Shown here: one piece after another, positions 60,741 to 64,000 of the stretch
How positions within the stretch are numbered: position 1 is the first letter of the stretch
How the letters are laid out: the number at the start of each line of letters is the position of its first letter
Translations under genes and position numbers: made by a program
Notes under the pieces: model-generated
What the model was told of the DNA's origin: nothing
The model's input: only the letters and a program-made list of their open reading frames with translations
The model's database searches: none
Origin: Lepidodermella squamata
Taxonomy: Eukaryota > Animalia > Gastrotricha
Direction: 5' to 3'
Assembly: GCA_047495785.1 (NCBI GenBank)
Contig: JBLDXI010000021.1
Coordinates: forward strand, 1,302,001-1,366,000
DNA length: 64,000 bases

Positions 60741-63700
60741 TGTCGGCAACGGGTTGCTCTGCCATGTAGAAGATGGCCCCAGGCTAAATTTCGCATGCTC
60801 GGCTAGGCTTGGCCAGTCGAGCTGCGAGTTGGTTGAGAAACGAATTTTATTCGGAGCCGTCCCTATTCATTTGGTATTTGGTCACGACTAAAAGAGCGGT
60901 CATTTACAACGGCGGCCCCCATCACGCCTATTTCTGGGTCGAGGAGCCTAATCCTTTGCCAGGCCTGACGATAACCCCAAATTACGGCGTTATTCCTGTA
61001 GGTGGCACTGCCGAGCTTCAAGTCACCGTCCAGCCTACTGGGCAAATGAAATTTGACACGAAAACGCTTATTTCCATCCGTGATCACCCAACTTTGGACC
61101 TGAGAATCGGCGGTAGCTCCGAACCGTCGTCAGTTGATATTGACCTTTCATCGTTCAAATTCGCTGGCGGAGTCCCACTTGGCACTTCAGCGACGCTACC
61201 GTTCGTTGTCTCGAACAAATGCACAGTTCGGTCGCAGGTCGTCTTCGATTTGTCTCGATACCGTGATTTTTCAATCAAAACGAAAGCTGAGCGCATCATA
61301 CCAGGTGAGTGATTTGACTCGAGTGCCTAATTTTTAAAACCTATCTGAAACCTTGGGGAAATAGATGCCGATTTCCGTGAGTTTATGTTCACACCTTGCT
61401 ATATCTTGCGTACTTATATAATCAATCAATTTTTACCCACCTATTTAAATCACGAATCTTCCCCTTATTAATTGCGCAGGAAATATTATTTACCTATTTC
61501 TGCTCAACATCCGAATTCGTCAATGTCGTCATGAATTAATTTCAAAATTGTACATTGTTGTCACGTAATTATCCTATTGTTTTCGGCGTAAATTTCAATT
61601 TTTTTTAAATTTCTCTTTATTTAAAAAACAGAGGAAAACACGTAAAATTCGCTAAACCCTGGCAAGTACATGTTGCTCCTGTCTGCAAATGAAAGTACCG
61701 AATGCACGCTGATTTTCACGCCAAGTGAAATCGCTAGTTACGATTTTGGGATTCCGGTCAGTGTCAACGAGACGATGTGTCGACTTCCCCTACCTACTCC
61801 TTTACCGAGGACACCCATCGCAGCTTCCCGGCGTCCATCGTCAATCGTTGTCGAACAAATTTTGACACCGAAGCCAGTTCCAGTCCGATTAACAACGCCT
61901 TGTCGGGTAAATTGCGAAATTATTCTGAAGAACTAGCCTCCTTATAGGTATATGTTTTTTTCAGCGAGTTACCGTCACTGCGATTCGTCAAACTTTGAAA
62001 TTATCTTCGACAACAATTGACTTTGTCCTACCTGTCGGTTACGAATTGAAACGTCGCGAATTCATGATTGAAGAGCGCAAAATGTTGACGATAACTAATG
62101 TTGGCCCAATTCCGTTAAGGTGGCGAATGGACCTGGCCGCGATTCCCGATACAGGGATATTCAAATTTTTCCGGAGTAACGGCGTTCCATTTTTGACGCT
62201 TGGCGATTCAGGGACAGGCTTCATTGAAGATTCGCTCGAACCACAACAATCTCAGGAAATTTTAATCATGTTCTGCCCTATTGCGGCAGGTGAATGAAAG
62301 TACGATGTCCCGATTTACCTTAATGAGCGAGAGCGACCCTGCCAGTCGTTGCATCTCCACGGCTGCGTTCGTCAGCCGAAATTGTCATTCGACCCTGAGG
62401 CTATCATCATGGCGCCGGTGCCGCTTCAAACGAGGGCCGAGGCGAAACTCCAGATTTTAGCTTATGACTACCAACAGCAGACACCAATTAATGTTGACGT
62501 GCCGACGATAGAAAGCGAGGCTGGGCCTGTTTCGCCGATTACTGTTTTCCCCTCTGGAAATGTGATACGGCCGACTGCTGTTGACTCGGACGATGGCTTT
62601 AATGAACCAACTTTGTTGTCGTTAATGATTCTCTTCCAACGCGACCGCCCGATAAGTTTCTCGACAAAATTGGCTGTTTATGACGCTGAAGGGCGCCGAT
62701 TTTCTCTGCCGATTCCCGCAACTGCTGACAACTTTTGGCGACCAACTACGCTTTCTTGGCTGCGAATCAAGAGGGAGCTAAAACTGTTTGCGAAGAAGGT
62801 ATTTTCTTTGAAAATTAAGGTTGAACAACTTTAACTTTGCTTTCCTTGCCAGGCATGCGGTTGAAAGGTACAAAATCTGCGAGCACTGAAACCGTCAACA
62901 TGGGAGAGGCGATAATCCTTCGAGTTCGTTCACACAACTCTCAAGAAGTCACAGACCATCGACCCCAGCGAAGTGCCGCGAGTAGCGGTGGCGACTACGG
63001 CACAGTCGGAGGTAGGATGAGGCCCCAAGCACTGGCCACAACTCCATCGGCTTTTGACGTTACCATGTCAAGCTACGAACCGTCGAACGACTCCTCGTCT
63101 GATTAGACGCGAGACGGGGCTGTCAATCGTAATTTAGCATCAATGCAGTCTGAAGTCCCACTGCTAACCCAGCCCGTGAGAGGGCTTTGGTCACGGCTGG
63201 TCAACTACGCCTTCAGCCCGACTGAGTACAAGCGCCGCTCAGCTACAAACACCCTGGAATCAGCGACAATCGCCGCTAATGCTCTAATTACCTTATTAGG
63301 CGATAAAGTCAGCTCATCTGAGCTGAATCAATTGCTGTCGACGGCGTCGCCAAATAAATTTCACGTCGATAAAACTGATTTGGAGCATTTCATCATACCT
63401 GATGATGTGCTGGTATGTACCAGGGCACCAGTTCGGGACGAAAACGAGTTCGATCCCCACCCATCTTGAACTTCCCATCACCTTCGTCGCCCAGACGCCC
63501 GGTGTTTACAATTGCGATATCTTGCTCGCCTCTTCCACCGACTACCGCCTACTACGCCTTTCTGTCTCCGTCACACCGCCTGGTCAACAGGCTGATATTT
63601 TGTTCCGAAGCTCCGTCGGCCAGGTTGTCAATCAGTTGATTCCGATATCGAACCCGACCAACTTCCCGTGGTCGCTCAGGGCCACGATTATCGGCGACGG

Positions 63701-64000
63701 CTTCAGCGCGCCGAGCCGTCTTCAAGTGCCGGCGCTTCAGGTTGCCAACTTCCCGCTGACTTTCCACCCGACTAAGCCGGGTGAAAGCGCCGGCGAACTG
63801 GGTTTGACTTCAGACGATACTTCGGTTAACGTCAGATTCTCATTCCTGGTTAACGGCGTTGGTGAAGACCCACCGGCTCGGGATGCTGTCGTCATAGATT
63901 GCCAAGCAAATCAAGTGTAAGTTGAAAAAAGTTAGAATCTGCATATCTTATTTTTTTATTTCAGGATTGAACATACGGTAATCGTGACGAATCCAACACC
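60741..64000 (+). pseudogene. CFAP47: Fragmentary, multiply disabled CFAP47-like (ASH/Ig-fold ciliary protein) copy; continues beyond the window
   Basis: RILFGAVPIHL, HAYF.V..PNPLPG.TITP..G.IPVGG.AEL, FTPSEIASYDF, IPATADN match my recollection of CFAP47. Carries frameshifts and in-frame stops, has no N-terminal part, and retains introns. Confidence 0.7.

Noticed and set aside
1-64000. CRISPR arrays, prokaryotic operons or defence systems
   Set aside because: The window is intron-containing animal DNA with no repeat-spacer arrays; the RT ORFs are LINE-type, not retron, DGR or group II intron.

Overview
Compact, AT-rich animal (metazoan) genomic DNA with very short spliceosomal introns (mostly ~50-65 nt), so the ORF track fragments most genes; I rebuilt the gene models by hand from GT/GC-AG boundaries. 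Order of contents: the 3' end of PDSS1; two 5'-truncated LINE insertions; ten single-domain START (lipid/sterol-transfer) paralogs in two oppositely oriented clusters (seven on the minus strand at 2.9-19.2 kb, one of them frameshifted, and three on the plus strand at 38.5-42.1 kb); several inverted-repeat/MITE-like elements, one carrying a tRNA-like cassette in each arm; a membrane-anchored SGNH hydrolase; two calmodulin-like duplicates; an ImpL2/ZIG-like two-Ig secreted protein; an SLC5 sodium-solute symporter with a signal peptide and Ig-like domain fused in frame at its N-terminus; two rhodaneses whose start codon is split by an intron; a myristoylated ankyrin-repeat protein; an SLC7 cationic amino-acid transporter with 7-nt and 23-nt microexons; an orphan protein made of two 114-aa repeats under apparent purifying selection; alpha-catenin; FAM136A; and a disabled CFAP47 fragment. 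The strongest novelty candidates are the Ig-SLC5 fusion, the START expansion, the tRNA-armed foldback element and the orphan repeat protein. All family calls come from motif recognition, not database searches, and the organism cannot be named from this window.
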